Source: Nostoc sp. DedSLP01
GTDB lineage: Bacteria > Cyanobacteriota > Cyanobacteriia > Cyanobacteriales > Nostocaceae
DNA: 64,000 bases
Assembly (NCBI GenBank): GCA_034530875.2
Contig: JAVRCJ020000032.1
Coordinates: forward strand, 1 to 64,000
Reading direction: 5' to 3'
Below the pieces are notes generated by a model. The model was not told where the DNA came from and searched no databases. It saw only the letters and a list, made by a program, of their open reading frames with translations. This document shows positions 20,120-30,551 of this stretch, piece by piece. Positions within the stretch are counted from its first letter, which is position 1, and each line of letters opens with the position of its first letter. Position numbers and translations under genes: made by a program.

Positions 20120-23100
20120 TTATGGTCTTGACTCTTGAATTTCTGTAAAGTTACCTCCTTTAGCTCGAACAAGTATAGGTTTGCTCATTGTTTCTCCATC
20201 AGAATCAAACTTTAGTATATATCCGGCAGTTTTATTGGCGGGAATATTGATTTGCCTCAAACTTGAAAGAATATCTGAGCGAGATACATTCGGAGAAAAA
20301 GTTTTAAAAGTCTTAATAAAAGCTTGAGTTGCATCAAAACTAGTTGCTGTTCGCCAGCTAACCTCATTTCCCCACAATCCTAAAGCCTCAGTTGCAAATT
20401 TTGTCGATTCTTGTGTTTGCCTAAACCAAGGTACAGCTACAATAAGTCCTTCTGCTCTAGAAGCCTCCTGGCTATACAGGGTATCTCCTCCCAAAAACTG
20501 TAAATTTCGCATTTTTAAGTCTTCATCTTGTGCAAGTTGAAGGGATAGTCTTGTATGTTTCAAGTCGGGAAATAACAAAACTCCCTTAGCTTTATTCTGA
20601 CTTAAACTATCTAAAAGTTTGGTTTTAATATTTTGACCTGGATTACTAAAATCTATTATTTCTGCAACTTTGCCATTTCGTTCTTTAAATTCTTGTTTAA
20701 ACATATCCATAAGACTACGACTATAAGTGCTTTCAGAATCGTACAAAATTATTACTTCATTTAACCCTGATTTATAAGTATAATCTGCTAACTTTTTTCC
20801 AAACACTGCATCAGATGATACTGTTCTAAAGAAAACATCATTTTTTAATTCTATACTGGTACTTGTGGGAGAAATAATTGGTAATTTAGCTTGTGTATAT
20901 TCTTCTAATGCTTTTTTTGTTGACCTACTAGAGTAGTGTCCAATTATGCCGAGTATTTCTGTTTTTTCTGCTAGTTGTTTAGCTATTTTTTTAGCTTCTT
21001 CTGGATTGTCTGCATCATTGGCAATAACAATTTCTAGCAACCTACCTTGATATCCACCATCATCATTAAACTGTTTTTGTGCTTGTGCTACACCTCGCAA
21101 GATTTCTTGAGCGATTGATTGTGCATTATTCACAGGTACAACGACCGCTAAGATAAAAGAGTTACCATCTTTACGAGCAAGAGCATTATTTTGATAAATT
21201 AGTACTTCTGGATCGTTAATATTAGCTTCTCTAGCATTTTTAAAGTATTCGCTAGCTGTAGCATATTCTTTATTTTTATATGCTTCAACACCTTTTTGAC
21301 GAGACATACGATAATTATTAGAAGCAGAACTAATATCAGAAAAGAGAATACTTTCTCCGCTACTAATATTTTTATTAAAATTATTATTAGCAATCGGGAG
21401 GCAGTAAAGACCAAATTGCATTTTTTCTTCTGCTTCATGGCAAGAAGTTAACCAACGATTTCCTACTAGTCCGCCTATTCCTAAAATAGTAACAATTCCT
21501 GCTGTCACTAGAGATAAATTTCTCCAAGGAAGTTTTTGTTTTTCTCGCTCGTTATTTTTTAGATTAGTACCATTATTGGAATTCTCTGATATTTGTGAAT
21601 AATTTGCAGGAAATTGACGAGCGTCAATTTGTTTTATTTTTTCTTGTGCAGATATGTTCTCTTCGTCGTAATCTAAAATTAATTGAAACTGTGCTTTAGC
21701 TTGAGATATTTTTTGTTGCAATATTAAATCATTACCATAATCTTCGATTGCATCAATAAATCTTTGTTTATTTGCTTCTGGATCAAATTTATAAGCACGT
21801 TCGTAAAGTTCTATAGCTTTATCAAAATTTTTATTTTTTAAATTACCTTGAGCAAGTTTAAGTAGAGAAGGATAGTGATTAGGATTAATCTTGAAAACCT
21901 CTTGATATTCAAGTAATGCATCATTATTTTGACCATTTTCAGTAAATTTAATCGCTTTTTCTAAATGAGGTTGAATTTCCTCTAATTTTAGGTGTTCTAA
22001 TTCTTTAATTTCTTGTTTGATTGGATGTTTCTTTGTTATCCACAGTCTAACTAGTTCAACTTTAACTTGCCCATTTTTATCTAACGACTTATTTTGAATT
22101 AATTCCTCAACTGCTTTTATTAGTTCCTCTGTCTGAATAACACCATGTTCTTTTAGAATCTCAATTGGCCCTTTGTTTGGCACAGAATCACGTGCTCTGT
22201 TTTGAGCCTCTGCCGCTGCGGAGAAGATAACTTGCTGTGAGGGAGATACCCCTTTCCAAAACCAGTCTAACCCACCTTCAGCAGATTCTATAGCTCTGTC
22301 TATAATCGCGGTTACATCATCACGAGTGACCTTCCTATTAGAATTTTCCCTAGCTTGTCGAAAAATTTCAGAGCAAATAGCTTGGGTTAAAAATGGATGA
22401 CCAGCACAAATTTTATAAATTTCATCTATTGCTTGTTTTTCATATATTAGTGATTTTTGCGCTGGTTTAGTAACCAGCTTTTCAGAACCTAGTGGATCTA
22501 ATAAACCAATTTCTTGGTTAGGTGCACCATGATACAAACGAAGGATAATGTCTAATTCCCCCACATTTCGTCCAATTACAGGAATTAAAAATAATCTTTC
22601 TTGATTATTAATTAAAGTTTTTAAATAACTAAAAAAAGCTGAGGTTTTCTTAAGAACACCATCATCTTTAGTCTTTTCTGCAACATCAAATTCATCTAAC
22701 AATAAAATTACTTTTTTATTGCCCAATTGTTTATAAATTTCTGGCAAAAATTTATTTGAAAACCAATTTTCTTGGCTATCACATTCTTGTTGCTCTGGCA
22801 AATAAACATCTTTTAATTCTAATTCTTCTACAATATATTGAGCCAGATCGTACAAGATACCATTCACAGATTTTGTCGATTTATTTTGTAAATCGAAGTT
22901 AATACAAACTAAATTATCGTCACTAATAAAGTGATCGAATAGTTTAAGTACAGACGATTTACCGATACGTCTCAGACCATGCAATAAAATAATTTTGCTA
23001 TTATTATCTAGATTGTTTTTAATAAAGTTGAATAGTTTTTCACGCCCAATCAAGTTTTCTGGATTATCTATTGGTACACCAACAATGTAAGGATTGTTTC

Positions 23101-23164
23101 CAAAATGGATATTTGATTGATTATCTACATTAGACATAGTTTTCTCTTGATTGTAATTAGGCAT
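20120..23164 (-). CDS. STAND/AAA ATPase-TPR-TM-periplasmic binding protein (LIVBP-like) fusion
   Basis: NPYIVGVP, LIGRE, HGLRRIGKSS, LLLDEFD, AGHPFLTQ; TPRs; TM; EILRGVAQAQ, IIGHYSS, WRTATSFDA; paralog of the adjacent gene. Confidence 0.85.
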   Translation of the reverse strand: MPNYNQEKTMSNVDNQSNIHFGNNPYIVGVPIDNPENLIGREKLFNFIKNNLDNNSKIILLHGLRRIGKSSVLKLFDHFISDDNLVCINFDLQNKSTKSVNGILYDLAQYIVEELELKDVYLPEQQECDSQENWFSNKFLPEIYKQLGNKKVILLLDEFDVAEKTKDDGVLKKTSAFFSYLKTLINNQERLFLIPVIGRNVGELDIILRLYHGAPNQEIGLLDPLGSEKLVTKPAQKSLIYEKQAIDEIYKICAGHPFLTQAICSEIFRQARENSNRKVTRDDVTAIIDRAIESAEGGLDWFWKGVSPSQQVIFSAAAEAQNRARDSVPNKGPIEILKEHGVIQTEELIKAVEELIQNKSLDKNGQVKVELVRLWITKKHPIKQEIKELEHLKLEEIQPHLEKAIKFTENGQNNDALLEYQEVFKINPNHYPSLLKLAQGNLKNKNFDKAIELYERAYKFDPEANKQRFIDAIEDYGNDLILQQKISQAKAQFQLILDYDEENISAQEKIKQIDARQFPANYSQISENSNNGTNLKNNEREKQKLPWRNLSLVTAGIVTILGIGGLVGNRWLTSCHEAEEKMQFGLYCLPIANNNFNKNISSGESILFSDISSASNNYRMSRQKGVEAYKNKEYATASEYFKNAREANINDPEVLIYQNNALARKDGNSFILAVVVPVNNAQSIAQEILRGVAQAQKQFNDDGGYQGRLLEIVIANDADNPEEAKKIAKQLAEKTEILGIIGHYSSRSTKKALEEYTQAKLPIISPTSTSIELKNDVFFRTVSSDAVFGKKLADYTYKSGLNEVIILYDSESTYSRSLMDMFKQEFKERNGKVAEIIDFSNPGQNIKTKLLDSLSQNKAKGVLLFPDLKHTRLSLQLAQDEDLKMRNLQFLGGDTLYSQEASRAEGLIVAVPWFRQTQESTKFATEALGLWGNEVSWRTATSFDATQAFIKTFKTFSPNVSRSDILSSLRQINIPANKTAGYILKFDSDGETMSKPILVRAKGGNFTEIQESRP

Positions 23165-23291
23165 AATTTTATATTCGTTGTAAAATTACTTGCTTCCTGC
23201 TACAAGATTACTTATCTCTTCCTTTGCGTCTTTTGCTGTTTCTTACAAAAATTATGTATTCTTTGAGCAGGAAGGAAGTAGACATTATTAG

Positions 23292-24578
23292 TTATGTATG
23301 AAAATTTCCCATTAAAGTAGAAATCAATTTTAGCGTAGAAGGTACTTTATCTTTGTGCATCCAAAACCAATTCATTGCGTTTGTAACTTTCTCAACTTGC
23401 TCTTTACTCATTAAATTGAGAAAAACTTTTTGGCGTTTTTTAACTGCATCATCATTTGTATTCCAAACTTCTTGAACAACCCATTTTTCCATATTAGGAG
23501 AAGTAAATGAATATATTTTTTTACCATCTATTTCGTTTGTTTTAACTACACCTTGTTCTTCTAGATTGGTTAAATCTCGCTCTTGTTGAATAAATATCAA
23601 TTTAATATCGCTTAAATCAAATTTAATTTTTTTGTGCAGATGGCCCTCAAGATTAAAAATAGCCAACAGCATTAACAATGTCTGCTCATCTTCATTACAT
23701 CGGTTCCAAATATTTTCAAAAATTTGTTTGCTTGTACTTTCAAATTCTCTAACAATTGCTTCTAGATTGGGTAAATCTCCAGTTCTTAAGTTTCTGTATA
23801 TGATAGAGCCAATAATCTGTAATAAAGCTGGATGTTTACCAGTAATTGATGGAATTAAGCTTTTTAATTCCGCTTGAAGTTGCACATCAAAAGCTTTACT
23901 AATTAACTTATCAATTTCAGTATCAGTTAACGGTTTGAGCGACTGAAAAAGATAGTGATTATACCAAGGAGAAGCTTTAGTATTGAGCTTTGGCCCAAGT
24001 TCACTGAGGCGCTTGAGTGAACTGACAATCATTGAGAGATGTTTTCTTTCTTGAGAGTGAACAGCTAAATTACGGCACTCGCTCAAGAATTCCTGCATGT
24101 CAGCTTCAGTGTAGTGAGCGTTAGAGATTAAAGCGGCGTCAAAGTTATCTACTAATAGCACTACAAATTTATGTTTTTTTCCTAATTTACGCAGTACCTG
24201 GCGTAGGCTTTCTTTTGTGGTTTGCCCTTTATTTAGAAAATTTTCAACTTCTATTTGCAAGCTGGGTTCGCTCTCCAACTTATCCTTCAGATTGCTTAAA
24301 ACTTCTTGCCAAAAGCCAGAGGGAGTAAAGGGAATGATGCTCTGGCAGTTGAGAAAAACAATCACGGCTTGAGACGAATCTAATTGATGTTTTTCCCATA
24401 CTTCCAGTGAAATTAGTTGTTCTAAGAAAGAAGACTTGCCCATACCGGGGCCACCCCAAATTGCCAAATGACTGCGGTTATAAATCTGGTCAAATGCAGC
24501 ACCAATTTCCTTAGTTCGTCCTGTAAAACTTTCTGGAGATGCTGGGACTCCTGGGAAGAATGGATTTCGTTTGTTCAT
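23292..24578 (-). CDS. Stand-alone STAND/AAA ATPase
   Basis: NPFFPG, FTGR, GGPGMGKSS Walker A, VLLVDNFD Walker B, GKHPALLQ GxP motif, wHTH-like C-terminus. Confidence 0.82.
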   Translation of the reverse strand: MNKRNPFFPGVPASPESFTGRTKEIGAAFDQIYNRSHLAIWGGPGMGKSSFLEQLISLEVWEKHQLDSSQAVIVFLNCQSIIPFTPSGFWQEVLSNLKDKLESEPSLQIEVENFLNKGQTTKESLRQVLRKLGKKHKFVVLLVDNFDAALISNAHYTEADMQEFLSECRNLAVHSQERKHLSMIVSSLKRLSELGPKLNTKASPWYNHYLFQSLKPLTDTEIDKLISKAFDVQLQAELKSLIPSITGKHPALLQIIGSIIYRNLRTGDLPNLEAIVREFESTSKQIFENIWNRCNEDEQTLLMLLAIFNLEGHLHKKIKFDLSDIKLIFIQQERDLTNLEEQGVVKTNEIDGKKIYSFTSPNMEKWVVQEVWNTNDDAVKKRQKVFLNLMSKEQVEKVTNAMNWFWMHKDKVPSTLKLISTLMGNFHT

Positions 24579-25067
24579 AGTTTGTGTATATTTTGACAGT
24601 TATCTAACTCTTGATGCAAAGGTGTATCAGCTACTTTTAGTCATTACTTAGATTAATCAGGTTGATACAAAACACTCTGCTTTAGCTTAGGACTTCAGTA
24701 GGTGACTACACTCATGATTTAGACCATTCCAGAAACAAAATATTCTTTCTTGAAGGAAATATTGCGTATTATATATATACTCAAATGCCGTGTTGTGAAA
24801 CATCGATTTACTTTTAGTTTGAAGCGACACGCTTCACTCAAAGTCGATTACTTGGCGAAATTACATGTTAAGGAACTACTAGATATATAAATATATTGTT
24901 GAAGGTGTATTAAAGGGCTGAGGGTTAACTTTATGTTGCAATTTTATTGTCAAAACTGGATTTGAACCCTAGTTAGATCGAGTTATTGATGTCTTTCTCG
25001 GGACTGCTGTTTGAGCAATGTGAATTACGTTCTAAAGCTTTTTTTGTGGAGGATGTGCGTAGGTTCT

Positions 25068-25228
25068 AAGTAGGTCAACTTAATTAAACATCAAACGCTC
25101 AATTTGATACTGACCTGACTTGGCTATGTACTAGGTACTGTGGCGAGGTTGGTTAAAATTACATGACTCTTGCGGGACGTCGGTTTTACCTTAAGTTGAC
25201 ACCAATGACACCTGTTCGCTCCTACAAT
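25068..25228. repeat. MITE-like remnant
   Basis: gtcaacttaa (25074-83) / ttaagttgac (25191-200) inverted pair; 21-bp identity with 60-80. Confidence 0.55.
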
Positions 25229-25417
25229 TGATGCGTTATAAAGATTGTTGGAATTAGTAGATGGAGAGATACTATATACCCATTATTTATATAATACAAA
25301 ATTGTCACTAAATGTAGTATAATATTTTTAGCTTATTAAACTGCAAATTTGTGTAACTAACTCAGCGCCAAGTTACTTATCTCATGAGTTAAGATGGCTA
25401 TATTTTGATCGAGTGAT

Positions 25418-26506
25418 ATGAAAAGAATAGAAATTGAACAAAGAACTATTTTAGTTGGTTTGGCAGGTAGCCACGGCTATGGCTTAAATCATCCGGATTC
25501 AGACTTTGATTATCGGGGAGTATTTATCGCGCCTAAAAGATATTATTTGGGATTCGATCGCATTGAACAAAAAGACACTGGTTGGGATGAACCAGGGTTA
25601 TTTTCGTTTTTAGATAATAACAAAGATACAGTTATATATGAATTAAAAAAAATTATCCAGCTATTATCGGGAGCTAATCCCAATGTTTTAGAATTACTGT
25701 GGTTAAATAATTATCCTTTTTTAACTCCAGTAGGAGAACATTTAATTAAGCATAAACAGTTCTTTTTAAGTAAGAAAGTCAAGCACACTTACACTGGTTA
25801 TGCCTTTGCTCAAATCAAAAAAATGGAAACTCATCGCAAGTGGTTGCTAAAGCCACCGCAAAAAAAGCCAGTACCATCTGAGTTTGGTATAGAAAACGAA
25901 GCAGTCCTAACTAAAGATGAACTCAATGCTTTTTTAGAGTATCTTTATAACTTAATTAGAGGAAGAATCGAGTTTTTAGAAGAAGCCGAGCAATTATATC
26001 AATTATTGACAGCAGATATTGATTTTAAAGGAGTGTTAAAACAGTATACTTTACCCGATGAGACTTTAGAATATACCCAAAAATTAACTAATAGCCGCAA
26101 AGATTTTATCCGCTTGCTTCAGAAAAGTCAAAGCTATCAAACAGCTTTAAGAGAATGGAAAGCTTACTTATCTTGGCAGGAAAATAGAAATCCGGCTAGA
26201 GCAGAAATGGAAATGAAGTCAGGTTTTGACCTCAAACATGGGATGCACTGCATTAGATTGTTACGCAGTGGACTAGAAATATTGCGTCAAGGAGAAGTAA
26301 TTGTAGATAGGAGAATAGCTGGTGATGCTGATGATTTAAAAGCTATTCTCAAAGGCGAGTATTCTTACGAGCAGGTGATGAAAATGGCAGAAGATTTAGT
26401 TGCCGAAATGGAAAATGTTTACGAACAATCTGCCCTGCCTCACAAACCTGATTTAGAGCAAATTAATGAATTGTGTATGGAATTAGTAGAAATGCAAAGT
26501 TGGTGA
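25418..26506 (+). CDS. DNA polymerase beta-superfamily nucleotidyltransferase (RlaP/YcgL-like)
   Basis: GSHGYG...DSDFDYRG, NPNVLELL, FDLKHGMHCIRLL. Confidence 0.85.
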   Translation: MKRIEIEQRTILVGLAGSHGYGLNHPDSDFDYRGVFIAPKRYYLGFDRIEQKDTGWDEPGLFSFLDNNKDTVIYELKKIIQLLSGANPNVLELLWLNNYPFLTPVGEHLIKHKQFFLSKKVKHTYTGYAFAQIKKMETHRKWLLKPPQKKPVPSEFGIENEAVLTKDELNAFLEYLYNLIRGRIEFLEEAEQLYQLLTADIDFKGVLKQYTLPDETLEYTQKLTNSRKDFIRLLQKSQSYQTALREWKAYLSWQENRNPARAEMEMKSGFDLKHGMHCIRLLRSGLEILRQGEVIVDRRIAGDADDLKAILKGEYSYEQVMKMAEDLVAEMENVYEQSALPHKPDLEQINELCMELVEMQSW

Positions 26507-26568
26507 AGATTAGTAATTTATGAATTGTTATTTATCATTTGCTAATGACTAATGACTAATAACTAATT

Positions 26569-26871
26569 TTAAAGAGCGTGAATTAAGTCAGCAAAACCAT
26601 AAAGGCTAATAAAAAGTAAAATTAATGCTGTGGCTTGGGTAATTCGTGTTTGTGGTGAGGGGGCGATCGCTTCCCGCACTAAGATAGAAATAGATGCCCC
26701 AACTACTAAGCTCAAGCCTAAGATTAAATAAGGTCTTTCCGGTAAAATAGTCGCTATTCCCAGCATAGCGATCGCTAAAAACAGCATCAATAATTCTACA
26801 AACCGCGGCGGGTTATATTGGCTAGATAAAATAAGCGTATTGAACCAAAAATACCAAAATCTCATAGTCAA
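26569..26871 (-). CDS. Hypothetical small membrane protein
   Basis: 100-aa ORF with three hydrophobic segments and two HIP1 sites. Confidence 0.65.
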   Translation of the reverse strand: MTMRFWYFWFNTLILSSQYNPPRFVELLMLFLAIAMLGIATILPERPYLILGLSLVVGASISILVREAIAPSPQTRITQATALILLFISLYGFADLIHAL

Positions 26872-26992
26872 TATTGAATACTGAATGCTAAGTGCAAAGT
26901 TAAAAGTTAGGAGTTACGAGTTCGGAGTTAGGAATTAAGAGTTAAAAGTTATTCTCCCATCTACCCATCTCCTCATCTCCCACTCCTAACTA

Positions 26993-28117
26993 TTAACCTC
27001 TAACTCCTAACTTCTGACCCGTGCCATTTTTTTGTGCGGTATCGTCTTCTGGAAGTTCGATGCCAAAGACGCGGCTAAAAGCTTTGGAAACTTTGTAGCC
27101 AGAGTCAATAGATTCTAATGGGTCTTTACGCAGTCTATGACGCAAGCACAGCGTAATCACGCGGCGGATATCATCGGCTGTAACTTCAGTGCGTCCTTCA
27201 TAAGCTGTTAAGGCTTTGGCGGCGCGATTGGTAACAATGTCACCCCGTAAACCATCTACATCCAGTTCGGAGCAAACTTCAGAAATTTTCACCCGGAAAT
27301 CGTAGTCAATTTTGACTTGTGGCAATAACTCCTGGGCATTAACGATTTGTTGTTGTAGCGAATTTTGCTGAGGCTTATACTTTTCGAGAAATTCTGGTGG
27401 ATTTTGGTCAAATTCCGATCGCTGTTCCACAATTTGGACTCGTAAGGCTGGTTCTTTGACCGTATGAATTTCTGCGTGCATTCCAAAGCGATCGAGTAAT
27501 TGGGGACGCAGTTCGCCTTCTTCTGGGTTTCCCGAACCAACAAGCACAAAACGTGCTGGGTGACGAATTGAAATGCCTTCCCGTTCTACAGTGTTCCAAC
27601 CACTAGCGGCGGAATCGAGTAGCACGTCTACAAGGTGGTCATCTAGTAAGTTGACTTCATCGACATAAAGAATGCCTCGGTTAGCCTTTGCCAAAAGTCC
27701 TGGTTCAAAAGCTTTGACACCTTCAGATAAAGCTTTCTCGATATCGATTGTGCCGCAAACTCGGTCTTCTGTGGCTCCTAGCGGCAGGTCTACCATTTGG
27801 ACTTTTTTGTGAGTTACGGGAATTTCTGCCCCTTGTTCTACAAGTTGGCGAACTTCATCGCTCATCAAGTCAGGGTCGCTAGGATCGCTACTAAACGGGT
27901 CATTGGCAACCACGGAGATTTCTGGCAGCAGATCCGCCAGCGCACGGATAGTTGTAGATTTACCAGTGCCGCGATCGCCCATGATCATTACACCACCAAT
28001 TTTGGGGTCAATCACGTTCAACAGCAGCGCCAGTTTCATTTCTTCCTGGCCGACAATTGCCGTAAAGGGAAACACCACGCGGCGCGCACTTGCCGTGGAT
28101 TGAGCAGTTGGACTCAC
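26993..28117 (-). CDS. chlI: Magnesium chelatase ATPase subunit I
   Basis: [52 protein letters not shown] start at 28117 (track start 28132). Confidence 0.97.
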   Translation of the reverse strand: MSPTAQSTASARRVVFPFTAIVGQEEMKLALLLNVIDPKIGGVMIMGDRGTGKSTTIRALADLLPEISVVANDPFSSDPSDPDLMSDEVRQLVEQGAEIPVTHKKVQMVDLPLGATEDRVCGTIDIEKALSEGVKAFEPGLLAKANRGILYVDEVNLLDDHLVDVLLDSAASGWNTVEREGISIRHPARFVLVGSGNPEEGELRPQLLDRFGMHAEIHTVKEPALRVQIVEQRSEFDQNPPEFLEKYKPQQNSLQQQIVNAQELLPQVKIDYDFRVKISEVCSELDVDGLRGDIVTNRAAKALTAYEGRTEVTADDIRRVITLCLRHRLRKDPLESIDSGYKVSKAFSRVFGIELPEDDTAQKNGTGQKLGVRG

Positions 28118-28180
28118 TAAATTACCTAACAATATTTTTCTGATTACAGTTCCTTATTGTGACACAGGTGGGGACATGAG

Positions 28181-28275
28181 GAGCAGGGGGCAGGGGAGAT
28201 GGGGAGTGTGGGGAGTGTGGGGAGTGTGGGGGGAAAGATTTCTTCCCCATCTTCCCACACCTCCCTATGCCCAAT
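28181..28275. repeat. Short tandem repeats (ggggagtgt)n with an inverted partner
   Basis: Three 9-mer units followed by ccccatcttcccacactccc. Confidence 0.8.
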
Positions 28276-28432
28276 ACCGAAGATACATTGGGCACTAATG
28301 AGTATTTATTACGTCTAAGGTTCTTAATGTGCGTAAGTTTGATTTAGTTTTTCTGGTGCAACAGTTCCATATACGGGGAACAAACAACTACCAATCGGTC
28401 AGTTTCTTAGTAAGTATAAATGCTTGTAATAT

Positions 28433-29725
28433 ATGGCTAATAGATTCAATTACAAAAGCAAGCAATGGCGTGTGTGGGTAGCTAATGCATCATTCAAACC
28501 TATGAAATCAACTTTTTTTGTTCGAGGTTGGCGGCAAAAACTAAAATATATTTTCCCGTTACTGGTTTTAATATCTTTTGTGACGGTATTGTTGGTAGAC
28601 AGTTTTGCTCCTGCGTTCACTTTCGGTGGACGCTTCAGCGCCATTGCCCAGCTACCGCGCCAGGAAATTCGCGGGGTTTGGATGACCAACAATGATTTTG
28701 ACACCCTCAAGAATCGTGCCAAGGTGCAGGAGGCGATGACTCATCTGCGGAGGCTAAATTTCAATACAATCTATCCTGTGGTTTGGAATTCTGGCTATGT
28801 GATGTATCCTAGCGCCACTGCACAACGTGCAGGTATTCAACCTTTTGTTTATAAAGGTTTAGATGGACATGATATTCTCGCCGATCTCATTAACCAAGCT
28901 CATCGCAAAGGACTGTTAGCAATTCCCTGGTTTGAGTTTGGATTTATGGCTCCTCCAACCTCGGAACTAACACTGAATTATCCAAATTGGTTCACACAAA
29001 AGCGCGATGGTAGCCAAACTTCTAATAGTGCGGCTGGTGAGGTGATGTGGCTCAATCCCTTCCATCCACAAGTGCAACAATTCATTACCAATCTCGTGTT
29101 AGAAGTTGTCACTCAATATGATGCTGATGGCATTCAGTTTGACGATCATACGAGTTTGCCTCGCGAATTTGGTTACGATCCATATACAGTAGCCTTATAC
29201 GCCAAAGAAACCAAGAAAAATCCCCCGGCTAATGCTGACGATCCGGAATGGGTAAAGTGGCGGGCAGATAAAATTACCGCTTTTATGGTCAAACTTAACC
29301 AAGCTGTGAAGCAGAGAAAACCCCAGGCAATTTTCTCGGTTTCTCCTAATTACTATGACTTTGCTTACAAGTTTCACCTGCAAGACTGGCTGAGTTGGAT
29401 AAGGGAAGGTATTGTAGACGAGTTAATTGTGCAAATTTACCGTCCGAGTCTGGAAAGTTTTGTGGCTAATATTTCCCGCGCAGAAATTCAAGAAGCGCAA
29501 CAAACAATTCCCACTGGGGTTGGAATTATGACAGGCTTACGAAATAACCCAGTTCCGATGCAACAAATTAAGTCTCAGGTGCGGGCTGCCCAAGAACGGG
29601 GTTTAGGTGTAACGTTCTTTTATTATGAAAGTCTCTGGAACTATGCTCCAGAACCCTTAAACGAACGCCAAGCAGCATTTGAAAAGCTTTTTCCATCTCC
29701 CGCACTGCGTGCCAGAGTTGACTAG
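28433..29725 (+). CDS. Glycoside hydrolase-like family 10 (GHL10/DUF187) protein
   Basis: EIRGVW, NTIYPVVW, IPWFEFG, DGIQFDDH; start uncertain (possibly 28502). Confidence 0.9.
   Translation: MANRFNYKSKQWRVWVANASFKPMKSTFFVRGWRQKLKYIFPLLVLISFVTVLLVDSFAPAFTFGGRFSAIAQLPRQEIRGVWMTNNDFDTLKNRAKVQEAMTHLRRLNFNTIYPVVWNSGYVMYPSATAQRAGIQPFVYKGLDGHDILADLINQAHRKGLLAIPWFEFGFMAPPTSELTLNYPNWFTQKRDGSQTSNSAAGEVMWLNPFHPQVQQFITNLVLEVVTQYDADGIQFDDHTSLPREFGYDPYTVALYAKETKKNPPANADDPEWVKWRADKITAFMVKLNQAVKQRKPQAIFSVSPNYYDFAYKFHLQDWLSWIREGIVDELIVQIYRPSLESFVANISRAEIQEAQQTIPTGVGIMTGLRNNPVPMQQIKSQVRAAQERGLGVTFFYYESLWNYAPEPLNERQAAFEKLFPSPALRARVD
28616..28642. repeat. Probable 27-nt in-frame insertion at a degenerate HIP1 site
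   Basis: GCG(28613-15)+ttcactttcggtggacgcttcagcgcc+ATTGC(28643-47); adds FTFGGRFSA. Confidence 0.5.
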
Positions 29726-29743
29726 ACGCGATTCATCGCGTCT
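29724..29743. repeat. Palindromic small dispersed repeat overlapping a stop codon
   Basis: agacgcgattcatcgcgtct. Confidence 0.75.
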
Positions 29744-29789
29744 CTACAAATGGTTTATTGGTCGCATTGTTTTTTGGGATTGGTATTAC

Positions 29790-30407
29790 TTAATCAAAAT
29801 CTGTGGGTAAATCTGGTTGGCGATAATGTTGGAAAAGTCGGGTGATTTGTGCTGGGGTCACCCGTCCAATAGAAAGTTCTGGTAATGCATCTTCAGGAAA
29901 AAAATCTACTGCTTCGGTTTCAATACTTGATGATGCAGAACCACCGATTAATTCACAGTGAAAAAATAACTTGTAGACATAAAAAGGAAACGGTGGATGT
30001 CCCTGTTTGTCTCTGTCATAAACTGCTAGTAATTTGATAGCGCGTGTCTGGTATCCAGATTCTTCATATACTTCTTTGACGACTACTTCGCTGGGAGATT
30101 CGCCAACATCAGCCCATCCACCAGGTAAAGTCCAGCCGCCATCGGCTCTTTCTTTAACTAACAAAATAGTATCGTCTCTAAAAATTGCTCCCCGGACATC
30201 AACTTTAGGAGTTGCATATCCTACTTCACGGCTAAACAAATCAAGCAGATAACTATGTTCGACATTTGAGTAAGTCGCCATAATTTCTGTGGCGATCGCT
30301 CGCAATTGTTTGTAGCGTTCGATATCATAAACGCCTTCAGAATAAGTTAAACCATTTTGGGCGATCGCTTGCAGCTTTTGCGCCCATTCCAGCCATTTTG
30401 GTTGCAT
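29790..30407 (-). CDS. NUDIX hydrolase with Nudix_N domain
   Basis: WAQKLQAIAQNGL, GYATPKVDVRG, PGGWADVGESPSEVVVKEVYEESG Nudix box. Confidence 0.93.
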   Translation of the reverse strand: MQPKWLEWAQKLQAIAQNGLTYSEGVYDIERYKQLRAIATEIMATYSNVEHSYLLDLFSREVGYATPKVDVRGAIFRDDTILLVKERADGGWTLPGGWADVGESPSEVVVKEVYEESGYQTRAIKLLAVYDRDKQGHPPFPFYVYKLFFHCELIGGSASSSIETEAVDFFPEDALPELSIGRVTPAQITRLFQHYRQPDLPTDFD

Positions 30408-30416
30408 ATTTTAAAG

Positions 30417-30548
30417 ATTGGGCATTGGGCATTGGGCATGGGGGATTGGGAGTTAGGAGTTAGGAGTTGGGAGTTAGGAGTTAGGAGTTATTATTCTCCC
30501 TCATCTGTCTCATCTCCCCATCTCCCTATCTCCCCACTCCCCATTCCC
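30417..30548. repeat. STRR heptamer arrays (attgggc, ggagtta) with an inverted partner
   Basis: Tandem 7-mers between pgk and the NUDIX gene. Confidence 0.85.
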
Positions 30549-30551
30549 TAC

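Noticed and set aside
16943..23164. Branched-chain amino-acid ABC transporter call
   Set aside because: The ATPase domains are STAND-type (GxP motif, no LSGGQ) and no permease genes are present
12990..26506. Prophage or intact integrated plasmid
   Set aside because: No integrase, att repeats, structural, partition or conjugation genes found
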